DNA of 64,000 nt from contig OZ244621.1 in NCBI GenBank assembly GCA_965218425.1, positions 2,272,001-2,336,000 of the forward strand, in the 5' to 3' direction. This document shows positions 29,821 through 41,780 of the stretch, in pieces; positions within the stretch are counted from its first letter, which is position 1, and each line of letters opens with the position of its first letter. Under the pieces are notes generated by a model that was given only the letters and a program-made list of their open reading frames with translations, had not been told where the DNA came from and did no database searches. Source of the DNA: an uncultured Candidatus Binatia bacterium. GTDB taxonomy: Bacteria; Desulfobacterota; Binatia; UBA9968; CAXXLF01. Position numbers and translations under genes: made by a program.

Positions 29821-30259
29821 GGTCAGTACTCGGCATCCGACAGTTCGACATCTTGGTCAATGGGTTCGCGCCATTCCTCAAACTCATCGACTGGCTCCGG
29901 TCCCTCGACCTCGTCCGGGAGTCTTGCCGCCGCCTCGCGCACATCGAGCTTGCCGGTGACAATATCGGCGATGAGTCGGGTGCGGTATTCGCGGAGAAGG
30001 GCAAGTTCGCCGTGCGAGAGGTCAATAGCACGCCGTGCGTCTGCCGACTCTTTGCCGACGACCTCGACGATAGTGCGCTGCTCCTCCTGTGGCGGACACA
30101 GCAACTTGATACGAAGGAACTCCTCCGGGTACATCCTCAGTCGTGACGAGCGGATACCCGTTGACCGGCGGATGTACTCGCTCTTATATGACGCCGTACG
30201 CAGCAGGAGATCAGCGTACTCGGCAAGCAGTCTCGAAGAGCGGTGTGGTTGGTAGACAG

Positions 30260-31527
30260 TGACCTTGCCCCCTAAAACGAGTCCAGGTGAAATGTTAGGG
30301 ATTTTGATTTTAGGAAGGAGGCAAGGATGGCAAGAAAGCGATTTACGGCCGAGCAGATTATCCTCAAGCTGCGTGAGGCGGAGGTGAGCTTGGCCCAAGG
30401 GAAGGCGGTGGGCCAGGTGTGCAAGCAGGTGGGGGTAACCGTGCAGACCTACTACCGGTGGAGGAAGGAATATGGAGGCCTGAAGATGGATCAGGCCAAG
30501 AGGCTCAAGGCCTTGGACAAGGAGAATGCGCGGTTGAAGAAGCTGGTGGCGGATCTATCGCTGGACAACCAGATCCTGAAGGAAGTGTCCTCGGGAAACT
30601 TCTAGGCCCGGCGAAGAGGAGACGAGCGGTGATATGGGCCAGAGAAAGATTGGGACCTGATCGAGTCTCCGAACGCCGGGCTTGCCAAGTGTTGGGACAG
30701 CCGCGATCGACGCAACGAAGAGTCCGAGAGATCCCGGAAGAGGAAGCAAGACTAGTGGCTCGGATGATGGAGCTGGCCAGCGAATACGGGCGATACGGCT
30801 ACCGGAGGATTACGGCCATGCTGCGTGGGGAGGGGTGGAAGGTCAACCACAAGCGAGTGGAGAGGCTCTGGAGGCAGGAAGGGCTGAAAGTCCTCAGCCG
30901 TCAGCCTAAGCGAGGGAGGCTCCGGTTGACTGATGGCTCCTGCATTCGCCTGAGACCGGCGCATCGAAACCATGTGTGGAGTTATGACTTCGTGCACGAG
31001 CGAACCGAAGACGGTCGGGCCTTTCGGCTGTTGAGCATCCTGGATGAATACACCCGGGAGTGCTTGGCGATTGATGTGGCCAGACGGATGAATCACCGGG
31101 ATGTGCTGGAACGGTTAGCGGAGCTATTCGTGGAACGGGGCGTGCCGCAGTCCCTTCGGTCCGACAATGGCCCCGAGTTTACGGCTCAGGCTATCCGGGA
31201 CTGGCTCAAGGCCATTGGTGTCAGGACACTCTACATCGAGCCTGGCAGTCCTTGGGAGAATGGCTACGTGGAGAGTTTTAACGGAAAACTCAGGGATGAG
31301 CTGCTCAACCGGGAGGTGTTTGAAACCCTGAGGGAAGCTCAGGTGCTGATCGAAAGATGGAGAAGAGAGTATAACCAGCGGCGGCCTCACAGCGCCCTGG
31401 GCTATCGTTCTCCGGCACCGGAGGCCTTTCTGCCCAGAGCGCAGGCTGGGAATTCATCCCCATGGGCTGGACTCCAGATAATTCCGGCTCTAACTTAAAG
31501 GGTGGTACCACTCCTGGGGGCAGGTCA
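30260..31527 (+). mobile_element. Complete IS3-family insertion sequence (1268 bp; likely IS407 group)
   Basis: TG...CA ends; imperfect IRs TGACCTTGCCCCCT and TGACCTGCCCCCA; 4-bp TSD ACAG at 30256-30259 and 31528-31531. Confidence 0.93.
30327..31498 (+). CDS. IS3 transposase OrfA/OrfB joined by a programmed -1 frameshift
   Basis: OrfA HTH 30327-30605; phased slippery heptamer G_GGA_AAC at 30593-30599; OrfB DDE motifs [21 protein letters not shown]. Confidence 0.9.
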
Positions 31528-32518
31528 ACAGCATACGAGGGGCTGACTATTCCAGTCTGCCTAGCAACGCCCAGAGCGCCCATCCAAGCCCACATCGTAT
31601 TGATGACCAGATCGCCGGGCCTACACAACTTGTGCCCGACGTTCGACACCGCCATAAACATCGTGATGTTCTTCTCACTTCGCGGCGTTACTCCGGTAAT
31701 GTGAGACACGGACAGCAATTCCTCTGAGCCGGTCTCAGAGCGCTCATCCGTTTCCCGGAAGCACCATTTCGCTGGCCTTATTTCCCAATGCGCCGGCACC
31801 TTTCCCAGCCACTCAACGCCGGAGTCCTTGTAGGCCGGGTAGGGCTGGCCGGTGCAGATGTCCACTTGGCCCGTGACGGCGCGGTGGATGATGGCCTGCT
31901 TCTGCTCCTCCAGCAACTTGATCAGCTTCTGCTTGGCGCGGATGTAGCGCCGGATGCGCCGGTCGGCGTGGTCGAGGAAGCGGACGATGGCAGCCTGTTC
32001 GGGGAGGGGGGGGATAACTGTTCTAATCTCTCGGATTTCACTTTCACTAATAGCGGGTACTGGCCCTGGTTTCGCAATTGTTGCTAAATCAAGGTGCTCC
32101 AGCAGCAACAAGACGAACTGCGGGTTGCCACGACGGACGATGCAGCCCATCAGATTGTTGTCTATACAGCATGGACGCTCGACCACTCGCCTCTTGTTGG
32201 TCAATAGTGCCCCGCCAACTTTAGGGAACACGATTGTTCTAGACGGGAAAATGTTTGCGCCAAGTCTTGATGCGGTACTACGAGCAACGGAGTTATTCCA
32301 ACTCCCCATCACTCTGTCGTTATTGGGAAGGTTCATATCGGAGACTTTGAAAAACGGCAGTTCCAGGTTCTGTTGGCCTTGTTCCAAAATTGGAAATCCA
32401 GCTCCGCTACTGAAATGCCCTAACCGCTTCAAGGCTATCACTTCCCAATGCGACGGCACATCACCGAGCCACTCGACACCGGAGGGCTTGTAGGCGGGGT
32501 GAGAGTGGATTCTGGCAG

Positions 32519-35111
32519 TCATGTGAGACCTGCACTTTGCACCGGGACACGAACGGCCAGCCGGTCTCTCACTTCCTGGTAGATTGGAATGTTGATTCCT
32601 TCGGCAACTTCCAGCGTCACGGCCAAGCCGAACCGTATCGGAGCAGGTATATCACTGGCATCGGCACGACAGTTGACTTTGATCGCAATGGTGTCCCCGT
32701 CCTGGAAGGCCACCGCCCTAGCACCTTCAAGAACCTCGTGCTGAACCGTGCTTCTTTGGACCGCAAAGCCGTCGGCGCAAACGCGGTCGGGTGCTATATC
32801 GTATTTGGGATTGAACCAAAGGTGAGCGATCCGATAGTTCTGACTGGTACTGCTAACCGGAGAGATCCATGCGAGCGTAATTGTCAAACGCCTGCGCTCG
32901 TTCACAGCTGACAGGCTGGGTGGCAGTGGAAGGATGAACTCAGCTCCTTCGCCATCGCTGAGTTCGCCAAACCCCAACACCGTGACGCGTTGCTCCGTGC
33001 CAGCCATGACCTTCGCGAGATCGACCGAGCCGTATCCCAAGAACCGTCCGAGGTACTCCTTGAGGACTCGGCTATTTTGGGCGTTCTTCAGGGCGGACTC
33101 GTATCGGAATCTAGCATCTGCCCAGTCTGCGCTGTGCACAAGAAGTGCTTTGATCAAAACCACGTCGAAGTCCGTGGGCAGGGGCGTGTCTAGTTGCCGG
33201 CGGAGTTGCTCGATCAGTTCATAAAGAAAGTATGCACCGCGTGCAGCAAGAGCCGCGGCATCGCTTGTGCCTCTTGTGTGCATTTTTCGGTTCAACTGCC
33301 CCGCGTTACCGGGAGTAGCAACGCAGTGTCCAGGAGGGCTAGTAAACCCGTTGGCCTGCAGAGTGGCCTTGGTATGAGGTAGTTCCCATCTTCTCGCCCA
33401 GGAACTGCCTTCCGCCTGGCAGGAAAACATCGGGCTTAATAGCGCGCCGGTATCCTGGTCCATGAGCGCTGATCACGTTCGGTAAATCTGTCCCTACAAA
33501 AGGGTCGATCAGGCGGTTCAGCGAGGGGGATGACGCATCTGCATGTACTGCCCCAATTGTGAGGCCGTTCAGCGTCTCGGCAGGTGATAACAGCCGCCGG
33601 TTACGCGTGTCCATCGCAAGCGCCTTTACCACAGCTCGTTCCCGTTCTTCGGCTGTTAGGGTGCTTAGGTCAGACCTTGGAAGGTCCAACTCAATATCCT
33701 GGAGATGATTGCCTGCACTGACTATGAACAGGATGTTGTACTTCCATGAAAGCCAGTCCAGGAGTCGCGCCCAGGAACTCATCTCACGGATAAGAGGACG
33801 CGTTTGATCGCATATGGACAGATTGATAATGCGAACGCTGAGTGCTGCTGGTGGCTCACCGTTTTCGGTCTCGTATAATCTCCGCACCGACCTATGGATC
33901 AGGTCTATTGGCAGCACATTCGTGGGTATGGCTTCCTCGATGAATCGCCCGGTAGAGTCGCGTCGGGGTTGCATGACCGGTCTCGTGTACAGCGGTTTTC
34001 CTGTCGCATCGCCGTGTTCATTGAGGTCTCCATGACAGATAAGTGATGTCATTGCGGTGCCATGCACACGCTCGTGTGCCTGGTAGGCGTTCTCGTAACC
34101 ATCCGGATCGTCGATGATCAACCGTCCGTCGAGCAGTTGGTGTCCCGTCAGAGGCATGCCGTCGAACAAGGCCACGACGGGGTCTCCCTGGGGCAGCTCT
34201 GGCTTCGGCTCATCCTGAAGAGAATCCGTCTCCTCAGAATCTTCGGACATACGAATCGCGCACTGCCCGACCGGACGCAGGTGCATTATGTCTTCGCACT
34301 GAAGCAACCTAACCTCCTGGAAGGCATGGAGTCGGTCGATGATATCCTGGACTCGGGTTCGGTGTAGTCGTCCCAGAACGGCATGGTAAGCAATGTCAGG
34401 AATGACACATTGCTGGATCACTTCACCGTTCAAGGACGCGATAATTTCGCGAATATTGGATTCAGCCTGTTCTGGGCGTCTGTCATCCGCCCTGAACCAT
34501 AACTCGATTTCGAAAGGAACGTTTTCTTGTCCGTACTGTAGGCGATCCTGCCAATCCTCCATGAGGCCGGTCTCCCGAATCCGATCCTCTGCGTCCCACG
34601 GCCGTATGGTATGGAGGCATTCGAATGCGTGTTTCCATGGAGCCAAGCCCCTGGCAAACTTCGTGTTACGATTCTTCCGCCACTCTCGAAATAAGTTATA
34701 CAATTCCTGTAACGCCTGCAGGTCAGTCATTACAAGGAAGAGTTGGCCTTTCAGTTGCTTGTCCGGACTCTTCTCATCCTCGAAGCCGTAGTCGGGAGAA
34801 ATGTCGTCGAGTTCGTATTCAGCTAACCACTCCAACCCCGACACCTTTTCCACCGCTCGGATAAAGTTCTGTATTGAGCCAATGGTTTCAATCACCAGGA
34901 CCTGTTCAGGTTGAAGGCCAAGAGGATGATCCTGAAGGGCAAGGCGTTTTTTTTCCATGTTCTCTTGAAGGCGTTGGAACTGCGGCTCCAGCCGTTCTGC
35001 CTGTCGTGATGCGTCCGGGATACTAACTTTCCCTCCGCCTCCACCACGTTTAGCGCGTTCAGTGCGGGCCGGTTCAGAAAAGACAAGAAGCGGAAGGTTG
35101 GTCTCGGCCAT
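32519..35111 (-). pseudogene. ietS: S8 subtilisin-like protease of an IetAS-type system, frameshifted
   Basis: Asp (VALFDG), His (HGTAM) and oxyanion Asn (SAGN) lie in ORF 33339-35111; catalytic Ser (GTS) lies in ORF 32519-33463. One extra base near 33377 explains the shift. Confidence 0.8.
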
Positions 35112-35113
35112 GA

Positions 35114-36109
35114 TTAACTGCTTGCCTCTCTACTACTGGACTCCTTGAGTGTGAACCGCTTCTTCCAATGGTACAGGTGCTGTTCAACCATATGCTTAAT
35201 GTTCCCACCCGGCTGTTCCAATACGATTTTTCGGAGGATGTCAGTCCCGAAGTCCTCGACTTCCGCGAAGCTCAAGCCCCGCATTCGCTGTCCGAGACTA
35301 CGCGGGGATAGCCCGAGCGGATGTCCGGTCCGCTTCTCGAACCGATTGAACCACTCCTCAATCTGACTTTGAGTGGGCTGCGGGAGCTCCAATCGAATCT
35401 GGAAGCGGCGCCATACGGCACGGTCGAGAAGTTCAGGATGGTTGCTGGCCGTCACGACCACTACGTAGCTGGGAAGGGCATCGATCTGGAGCAGCAGCGA
35501 ACTCACGACTCGCTTAATCTCTCCGGTTTCGTGCAGGTCACCGCGTTCCTTTCCCACCGAGTCGAACTCGTCGAAGAACAGCACACAGTGGCGAGATCTG
35601 GCGTGCTCGAAGACTTGGCTTATCCTTTGCGCAGTCTCGCCCAGGTAGCTGCCGATGACTGCTTCATAGCGGACTACCATGAATGGAACGCTCAAGGCGT
35701 CGGCAAGTGCCTCCGCCAGAGTGGTCTTGCCATTCCCTGGAGGCCCGGCAAGCAGTATGCGGTTGCGCGGTTCGAGGTTGTACGACCGAAGCAGATCGGC
35801 GCGGTGCTGTTCGGTCACCAGTTCGCGAATGGTTTCCTCAGCATCGGCGGATAGTATAAGATCCTGCAGGCGGCGTACCGGGACAACATCTGCCACGAGA
35901 GGACCTGCCACCGAATGGGACGACCGTGACGCTGGCTGCGCATAGCGACCGTTCTCGATCTGAAGCTGCGCAAGCAACCGATCGGCTAGAATGGTGTGGT
36001 TCTTCGCACGCTCGTCGGCAGCCAGTGCCTCGACGGTCTTCCGGACTTGGCTCTCGTCGCCTTGTCTACTGGCCTTTATCAGGCTCAGGATCAAGTCTGA
36101 TCGTGCCAT
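35114..36109 (-). CDS. ietA: AAA+ ATPase of an IetAS-type system
   Basis: GPPGNGKT, SYLGET, FFDEFD, ETGEIKRVVSSLL, LDRAVWRRF; directly upstream of the S8 protease. Confidence 0.85.
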   Translation of the reverse strand: MARSDLILSLIKASRQGDESQVRKTVEALAADERAKNHTILADRLLAQLQIENGRYAQPASRSSHSVAGPLVADVVPVRRLQDLILSADAEETIRELVTEQHRADLLRSYNLEPRNRILLAGPPGNGKTTLAEALADALSVPFMVVRYEAVIGSYLGETAQRISQVFEHARSRHCVLFFDEFDSVGKERGDLHETGEIKRVVSSLLLQIDALPSYVVVVTASNHPELLDRAVWRRFQIRLELPQPTQSQIEEWFNRFEKRTGHPLGLSPRSLGQRMRGLSFAEVEDFGTDILRKIVLEQPGGNIKHMVEQHLYHWKKRFTLKESSSREASS

Positions 36110-36111
36110 GG

Positions 36112-38121
36112 TTATCTCCTGTTACTCTCGGCAGGACGGTTAGACGTTTCGGCTGCCATAATCTTCTGTAGCAACCCCTCGGTTTCCTTCTCCACTGCCA
36201 GAATATCCGCCCGGATCTCTTCCAGCGTGCGCAGCGGCTGCGGCTTGTAGAAGTAGCGGGTGAAGCTGATCTCGTAGCCGGTCTTGACGCTCGCCGGGTC
36301 GTACCAGGCGTCAGGGGCATAGGGCAGCACCTCGCGGCGAAGGAATGCTTCAATTCCGCCTTCCTCCAACAGCGGCGCCTGCTCGGTGTCCCGCAGGTCG
36401 GTGTCCGGCTCGTACTCGACGACAGCCGGCTTGCCTTTGACGGTCGCCTCGAACAGGCCGCGCAGGGGGTCGGGCTCGACGCCCTTCCTGTGGATCTTCT
36501 TGATGACGGGCGGCGCGCTCTCGTCCCTCTCGGCGGTCTCCTTGAGCGCCTTGATCTCCTTCGGCGCGTAGACGCGGTCGGGGTCTATCCCCGTGAGCCG
36601 GAGGGGCCGCTCGACCGTCACCTTCCGATACCCGAAGGCGGCGTTCGGGAAGATCTTCGACTGCTCGGTCTCCTCGAAGGCCAGGAACGTGTCGCAGATG
36701 CGCTGGATGTCCTCGTCGGACAGCTCGCAGTTCTTCTTGCCGAGGTTCTTCCGGAGCGGCTTGTACCAGGGCGCGGCGTCGATGAGCTGGACCTTGCCTT
36801 GGCGATGGGCGGGTTTCCGGTTGGTCAGCACCCAGATGTAGGTGGCGATGCCGGTGTTGTAGAACATGTTGAGCGGCAGCGCGACGATCGCCTCCAGCCA
36901 GTCGTTTTCGATGATTCAGCGGCGGATGTTGCTCTCCCCCTGACCGGCGTCTCCGGTAAAGAGCGACGAGCCGTTGTGGACCTCGGCGATGCGGCTTCCC
37001 AGAGGGGCGCCGTGCTTCATCTTCGAGAGCATGTTCGCCAGGAACAGCATCTGACCGTCGCTGGAGCGGGTGATGAGCGAGTACTCGGCATCGCCGCCGT
37101 GTTCGATCAGAAAGCGCCGGTCCTTGATACCCTCCTTGCCGCCCAGGCGCTCCAGGTCGCTCTTCCAGCTCTTGCCGTAGGGCGGGTTGGAGAGCATGAA
37201 GTCGAACTCGCGGGACGGAAAGGCGTCGTTGGAGAGCGTCGAGTGTTCCGGCCCCCCGATGATGTTGTCGGCGGCTTCCCCCTCGCCCTTGAGGAGGAGG
37301 TCAGCCTTGGCGATGGCGTAGGTCTCGGCGTTGATCTCCTGGCCGTAGAGATGGGTGGCCGCCTGCTTGCCGCGCTGCCCGGCAATCTGCGTCAACGCCT
37401 CCTCGGCCACCGTCAACATGCCTCCGGTGCCGCAGGCGCCGTCGTATACCAGGTAGGTCCCGGAGTCGATCCGGTCGGCGACAGGCAGGAGGACCAGCTT
37501 CGCCATGAGCTGCACGGCATCGCGGGGGGTCCAGTGCTCGCCGGCCTCCTCGTTGTTCTCCTCGTTGAAGCGGCGGACCAGCTCCTCGAAGACCGTGCCC
37601 ATCGCGTGGTTATCGAGGCCGGGGTGTTTGATCGACCCGTCGCCGTGGAGGACCGGGTGCGGACTCAGGTTCACGTCCGGCGAAAGGAACTTCTCGATCA
37701 GCGTGCCGAGGGCGTCGGCCTTGGACAGGCGGGGGATCTGGTTCCGAAACTCGAACTTCTCCAGGATGTCCTGCACGTTCGGCGAGAAGCCGTCGAGATA
37801 CGCCTCGAAGTCGGCCTTGAGCTGCTGTTGGCCGGCGCGGGCCTTGAGGTCGGGCAGCGTGAACTTCGATGTGTTGTGGAACGCCTGGCCGGCGGCCTGA
37901 CGCAGTGCCTGGTCCTGGTGGATGATCTTCGCCTGGTCGAGCGAGGCCTTCATCTCCAGCACGGCCGGCTTGCTCGGCTCCAGGAGGGAGTCGAGCCGCC
38001 GCAGCACGGTCATGGGCAAGATCACATCCCGATACTTGCCGCGGACGTAGAGGTCTCGCAGCACGTCATCCGCGATGCCCCAGATGAAGTTGGCGATCCA
38101 GCCGAGTTGAGATTGGTCCAC
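36112..38121 (-). pseudogene. hsdM: Type I N6-adenine methyltransferase with internal nonsense codon
   Basis: ANFIWGIADDVLRD, YDGACGTGGML, SNPPYGKSW; GESNIRR-TGA(36916-36918)-IIENDWLEAIVALP continues in frame, and the TGA replaces a conserved Trp. Confidence 0.9.
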
Positions 38122-38754
38122 GGGAATCCTGGAAAGGCTCTGCCGGGATGTCCTTTTCGGCCGCCCCGGCACGTATTATTTAAGGTAACCGATCCACGGC
38201 CGCGATACAATGTATTGTATTGGGCCGCCACATCTTGCACTCTTCGGGTCTTCGCGTGCTCAATGAGATGAGCCAACCCCCCGGGTGCAATGTCTTCGCA
38301 ATAAGCTTCCCTGAAGGCTGTGGTCGGGACAATCGCTGACTTGTTCAGCGCCTCGATACCGTAGCAGCGTCCCCTCCGGTCACTACCGCTTTTTTGGTGT
38401 AGTTCGATCAATCGAAATGAACGAAACACGTTATCTACTGCACAAGACGTGACCCAGTGTTGCGCTCGGCGACGTCGTAGGCTCAGAATGAGGCGCCGCC
38501 CACCCCGATTTAACGGCCCTGAAAGGGCCGTTTTTCGACCCCTAAATGCCCCGGAAAATCCGGCCGGTTTCCGGCCCATTTCCAATTATTTCCGTCCGCC
38601 TACGCTCAATCGGTCAATCCCCCGGCGTGCTCTTCTACGTTTCATGATGCGATAGTAGGCGCCAGGGCACTCGATCCGCAGTGGACGTGACATGCGTGGG
38701 ACTCACTACGGCCAAGTTATCGCTATTCGTCCACCGATTATCACCCGGTCTCAC

Positions 38755-39546
38755 TTACTTGACAGTATCGAACCCGGCCATGTCCTTCGCCCGCGAGGGC
38801 TCGATCCGTTCGACTCCGTCGTCATCGACGGTGAAAAAAGACCTCTCCTCGTACATGCAGCCGGACGGGCAGTCGCCCCAAGCCCTACGGAAGATGACAT
38901 GCCAGGTCCCGCGCGACTTCGTTGCTTCGATATCGGAACCATCTCCAAGCAGCACATCGGGCTCCGCGTAGCTGACGCACTCCATCGCCTGGTAAGCCCT
39001 CCTCGCTGCGTCGATGTTCAGCGGTTCGTCGAAGTACATGGCGACCACACCGGTGGAGAAGAACGGCCGCACGGCCCACAGACCTAGTTTTGCATTGAGG
39101 GCATCGAACTCCGCGCGTGCGGTGCGGAGCGGGACGGAACCGCGTTCATCGTCAAGGAGACCGGACACGGCTTCCAACAGCTTCGGCTCCAGACCGAGAA
39201 GAAGCGTCCCGAGCTTATGATCCTCCCGTGCGGAGATCTCCGCCATCGCCGGATACGCGTCTCGGATCCGCGCCAGAACCCGCCCGATCTCGCGGCCGAG
39301 CTCGCGTCGCCGACTTGCGTCCAACAACAAGTCATCGCTTTCTCTTCGCAGGATGCGATCGGCCAGAACGGCAGCTTCCGTGGAGGCCGACGGTTGCCAG
39401 GGGTCCGCGCGGGCGAAGATCCGGACTTCGGCCTCTGCCGATGCTTCCGGGGGCGATGCGCCGCAGCCTGCCAGGGCCAGGGCGCAGCACGCCGCAAACC
39501 CGAAGCAAATCCACTCGGTCGGCCCTTTCAGACGTGACAGATCCAT
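38755..39546 (-). CDS. Hypothetical lipoprotein
   Basis: Lipobox ALAGC; C-terminal AWGDCPSGC motif. Start uncertain (ORF track start 39633). Confidence 0.55.
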   Translation of the reverse strand: MDLSRLKGPTEWICFGFAACCALALAGCGASPPEASAEAEVRIFARADPWQPSASTEAAVLADRILRRESDDLLLDASRRRELGREIGRVLARIRDAYPAMAEISAREDHKLGTLLLGLEPKLLEAVSGLLDDERGSVPLRTARAEFDALNAKLGLWAVRPFFSTGVVAMYFDEPLNIDAARRAYQAMECVSYAEPDVLLGDGSDIEATKSRGTWHVIFRRAWGDCPSGCMYEERSFFTVDDDGVERIEPSRAKDMAGFDTVK

Positions 39547-40337
39547 CTCGAACGAAACACTCCTTAGCCGGCTGCCGACAATAAAGTATTTTAATTTATA
39601 TAGCAACGGCATGTTCCCAGGACGCAAAGGCAAGTGGTCGGCTATTTCGATAATGCTGAGATGACACTAAATGACGAGCCGGATTCAAATTGAACTCACA
39701 GGCGTGAAGTATATTGAGCGGCTCGACCTGAAAATCGTCGAACAGAATCTGCCGATAGCTATCAACAATTAGATCGCCCCGCCTTGGTTCACGCGAAGGG
39801 AACGGAATGACCGGGCATATTTCGTCTGGCCGCAGTTTTTCGCGGATCAAGGACAAGCGTTCGGCCAGTCTTGAACAGCTTTGTACCGCTATATTGTCTC
39901 CAGATAATAACGTTCCGTAACGGCTATATAAAGCTTTTAATCATGTGGAGGTATCCGGAGTGCAGGATTACCCGTCTTCAGTTGTCCGGCAAAATAACCG
40001 ACTGAAGCCTAACATTCGTTGCTACCTGTAGAGGTCAACACAGGTATTCGAACAGAAAACAAAATGAAATTGGCATTGAAGTCAGGTATGATTTTTCGTA
40101 TTTCGAACCTGCCACAAAATAGAAAGCCGCACGAAAATTGGTTAGCCCCGCCGATGGAATCGGTATGGGGCATAACCCGCCCGGTACTGAGGACCGAGGT
40201 GCACGTTCGGTTCCCGGCTCAACTCCGCCGCCCGCTCCAGGTCCCCCGCCTGGTGCGCTTCCTTCCGTCGATCCACGGGCTTTCGCCGGGCGCCGTCGCT
40301 GCCTTGCTCCGATCGACCGGCCCGCAGGGTCACAGAC

Positions 40338-41189
40338 CTACTCCACCGCTGCGATCCATTCCTTCTTCCAGGCCCCGACGCTCTTCCCTGTGACCCTCAA
40401 GATGCTTCCCCCGGTATCGCTGGCGGAATAGATCCGCATGATTTTCGAAACGCCTGTGTTCTTTAGGAGATAGCCGACGTAGGAGCCGGCAAAGATGTAG
40501 AACATCCGGCGCACGCGCCGATCATGAAATCCCGGAACGCCGTTTTTACCGATGAGATCCAAGGCTTCCAACGCCGTGTGTCGCCCCTCACGCAGCAGGT
40601 CTCGCGTCAATTCGTCAATCGGCGTGCCGAAATTCGGGAACGCCGGAAAGCCATCCAAGCGGTCGTTCAGATGCGCCGCCAGCCCCTCCTTCAGCCACAG
40701 TGCGTGCCAATCCCAACCGATAATATGAACCGTCTCGTGAAGAAAGGGCGTCCGCTGTTGCTTGGCGAAAGAGAGGAAGATGATGGGATGTAGGTATTTT
40801 CGGGGCTGGTAGCCGGTTATCGTGTGCGAAGGCTTGCGTCGGCTATGGACGAAATATTCGATCCTCTTCTGCTTATAGATATTGCTTGGAAACTTGACCC
40901 CCAAGAACGCTTCAACTTCGGCAATCCCCTTGTCGATCCGGCGATGCAGCTGTCGCGAAACGTCCTTGGAGAGGTAATCCGCTTCCACCCAGACAATGGA
41001 ACGTTCGGAGACAAGCTTTTGCCCGCTCTCTTTGATGGACTCGATCATGCGGATGTCGCGGCACTTCCCTGCGATTGGCCCGTGCAGGCATTCTGCGGCC
41101 TGTCCTCTCCCCGCCTGAGTGGCTATGAGAGCGCAGCCTATGACCAACGCCGAGCGCCGAATGGGCCATGTTTTCCATACGCCCCGCAT
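40338..41189 (-). CDS. Secreted gluzincin-like (peptidase MA) protein
   Basis: Signal peptide; LHETVHI (HExxH) followed by WLKEGLA (third ligand E). Confidence 0.65.
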   Translation of the reverse strand: MRGVWKTWPIRRSALVIGCALIATQAGRGQAAECLHGPIAGKCRDIRMIESIKESGQKLVSERSIVWVEADYLSKDVSRQLHRRIDKGIAEVEAFLGVKFPSNIYKQKRIEYFVHSRRKPSHTITGYQPRKYLHPIIFLSFAKQQRTPFLHETVHIIGWDWHALWLKEGLAAHLNDRLDGFPAFPNFGTPIDELTRDLLREGRHTALEALDLIGKNGVPGFHDRRVRRMFYIFAGSYVGYLLKNTGVSKIMRIYSASDTGGSILRVTGKSVGAWKKEWIAAVE

Positions 41190-41320
41190 GATCGTCCTTT
41201 TTTAAAATTAACCCGATTCCGCTCTTCCAGTCAACATAGCCCCTGGTAGTGGTTCAGTCTGAGCCGTCGGAAAAGAGTTTTCCCGTTGACCGTCATACTT
41301 GCTGGGGTAATATTCAATGC

Positions 41321-41540
41321 ATGCCAACCAAAGGACCGGGTAAGAAGCGAGACTTCACACAGATCGCCAAAGCCATCATCGACAAGGTGACCGGCAACAC
41401 CCCACCAGAGAAACCGGATACCAGAAACCCGCACTCTGTCGCGCTGAGCAGGCTATGCGCGAGCAAAAGAGGGTAAGCGCGGGCCAAAAGCCTTTCAGCG
41501 AAGCGACGAAGGGAAATAGCTCAAAATGCAGTACTGGTGG
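41321..41540 (+). pseudogene. Small basic histone-H1-like/RNA-binding family protein with in-frame TAA
   Basis: RDFTQIAKAIIDKVTG...NPHSVALSRLCASKRG-TAA(41474-41476)-ARAKSLSAKRRREIAQNA matches the NP.AVALGR.G..KGG.ARA..LS...R.EIA family. Confidence 0.6.
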
Positions 41541-41780
41541 CGAGCAGCAGGCAGAATATCATATTTGGAAAGGCGTTAAAGATTCCCCCTTGTCCCCGGA
41601 GAGGGATGCCGCTTGCTTACAGCCGGTAAGTGCTTGTTGACCCGACAATCAAAAAACCGCCGCTATCGAGGCCACGGAATCCGTTGGGTCAAATGTCGAT
41701 CAACGTCCGATCGCCCTCCGGCATAGCGGCATTGAGCGGCAACTGGAGTCAGTTGCCGCCGTCTGCCGTTATTCTTGACC

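Larger units (their letters stand above)
29823..32522 (-). pseudogene. hsdS: Two-TRD Type I specificity subunit interrupted by an IS3-family element
   Basis: Removing the IS and one ACAG copy restores GIVSPSYAV|YQPHRSS in frame (475 aa); two YK.SGVEWLG.VP.HWE repeats. Confidence 0.9.

Noticed and set aside
33370..33385. Programmed frameshift in ietS (also ECH near 51303 and the TPR gene near 44307)
   Set aside because: No X_XXY_YYZ slippery site; single-base indels from decay or sequencing error are more likely.
36916..36918. In-frame TGA in hsdM as a fifth selenocysteine
   Set aside because: It aligns with conserved Trp (NIRRWIIEND), not Cys, and I saw no comparable hairpin; a TGG>TGA nonsense is simpler.
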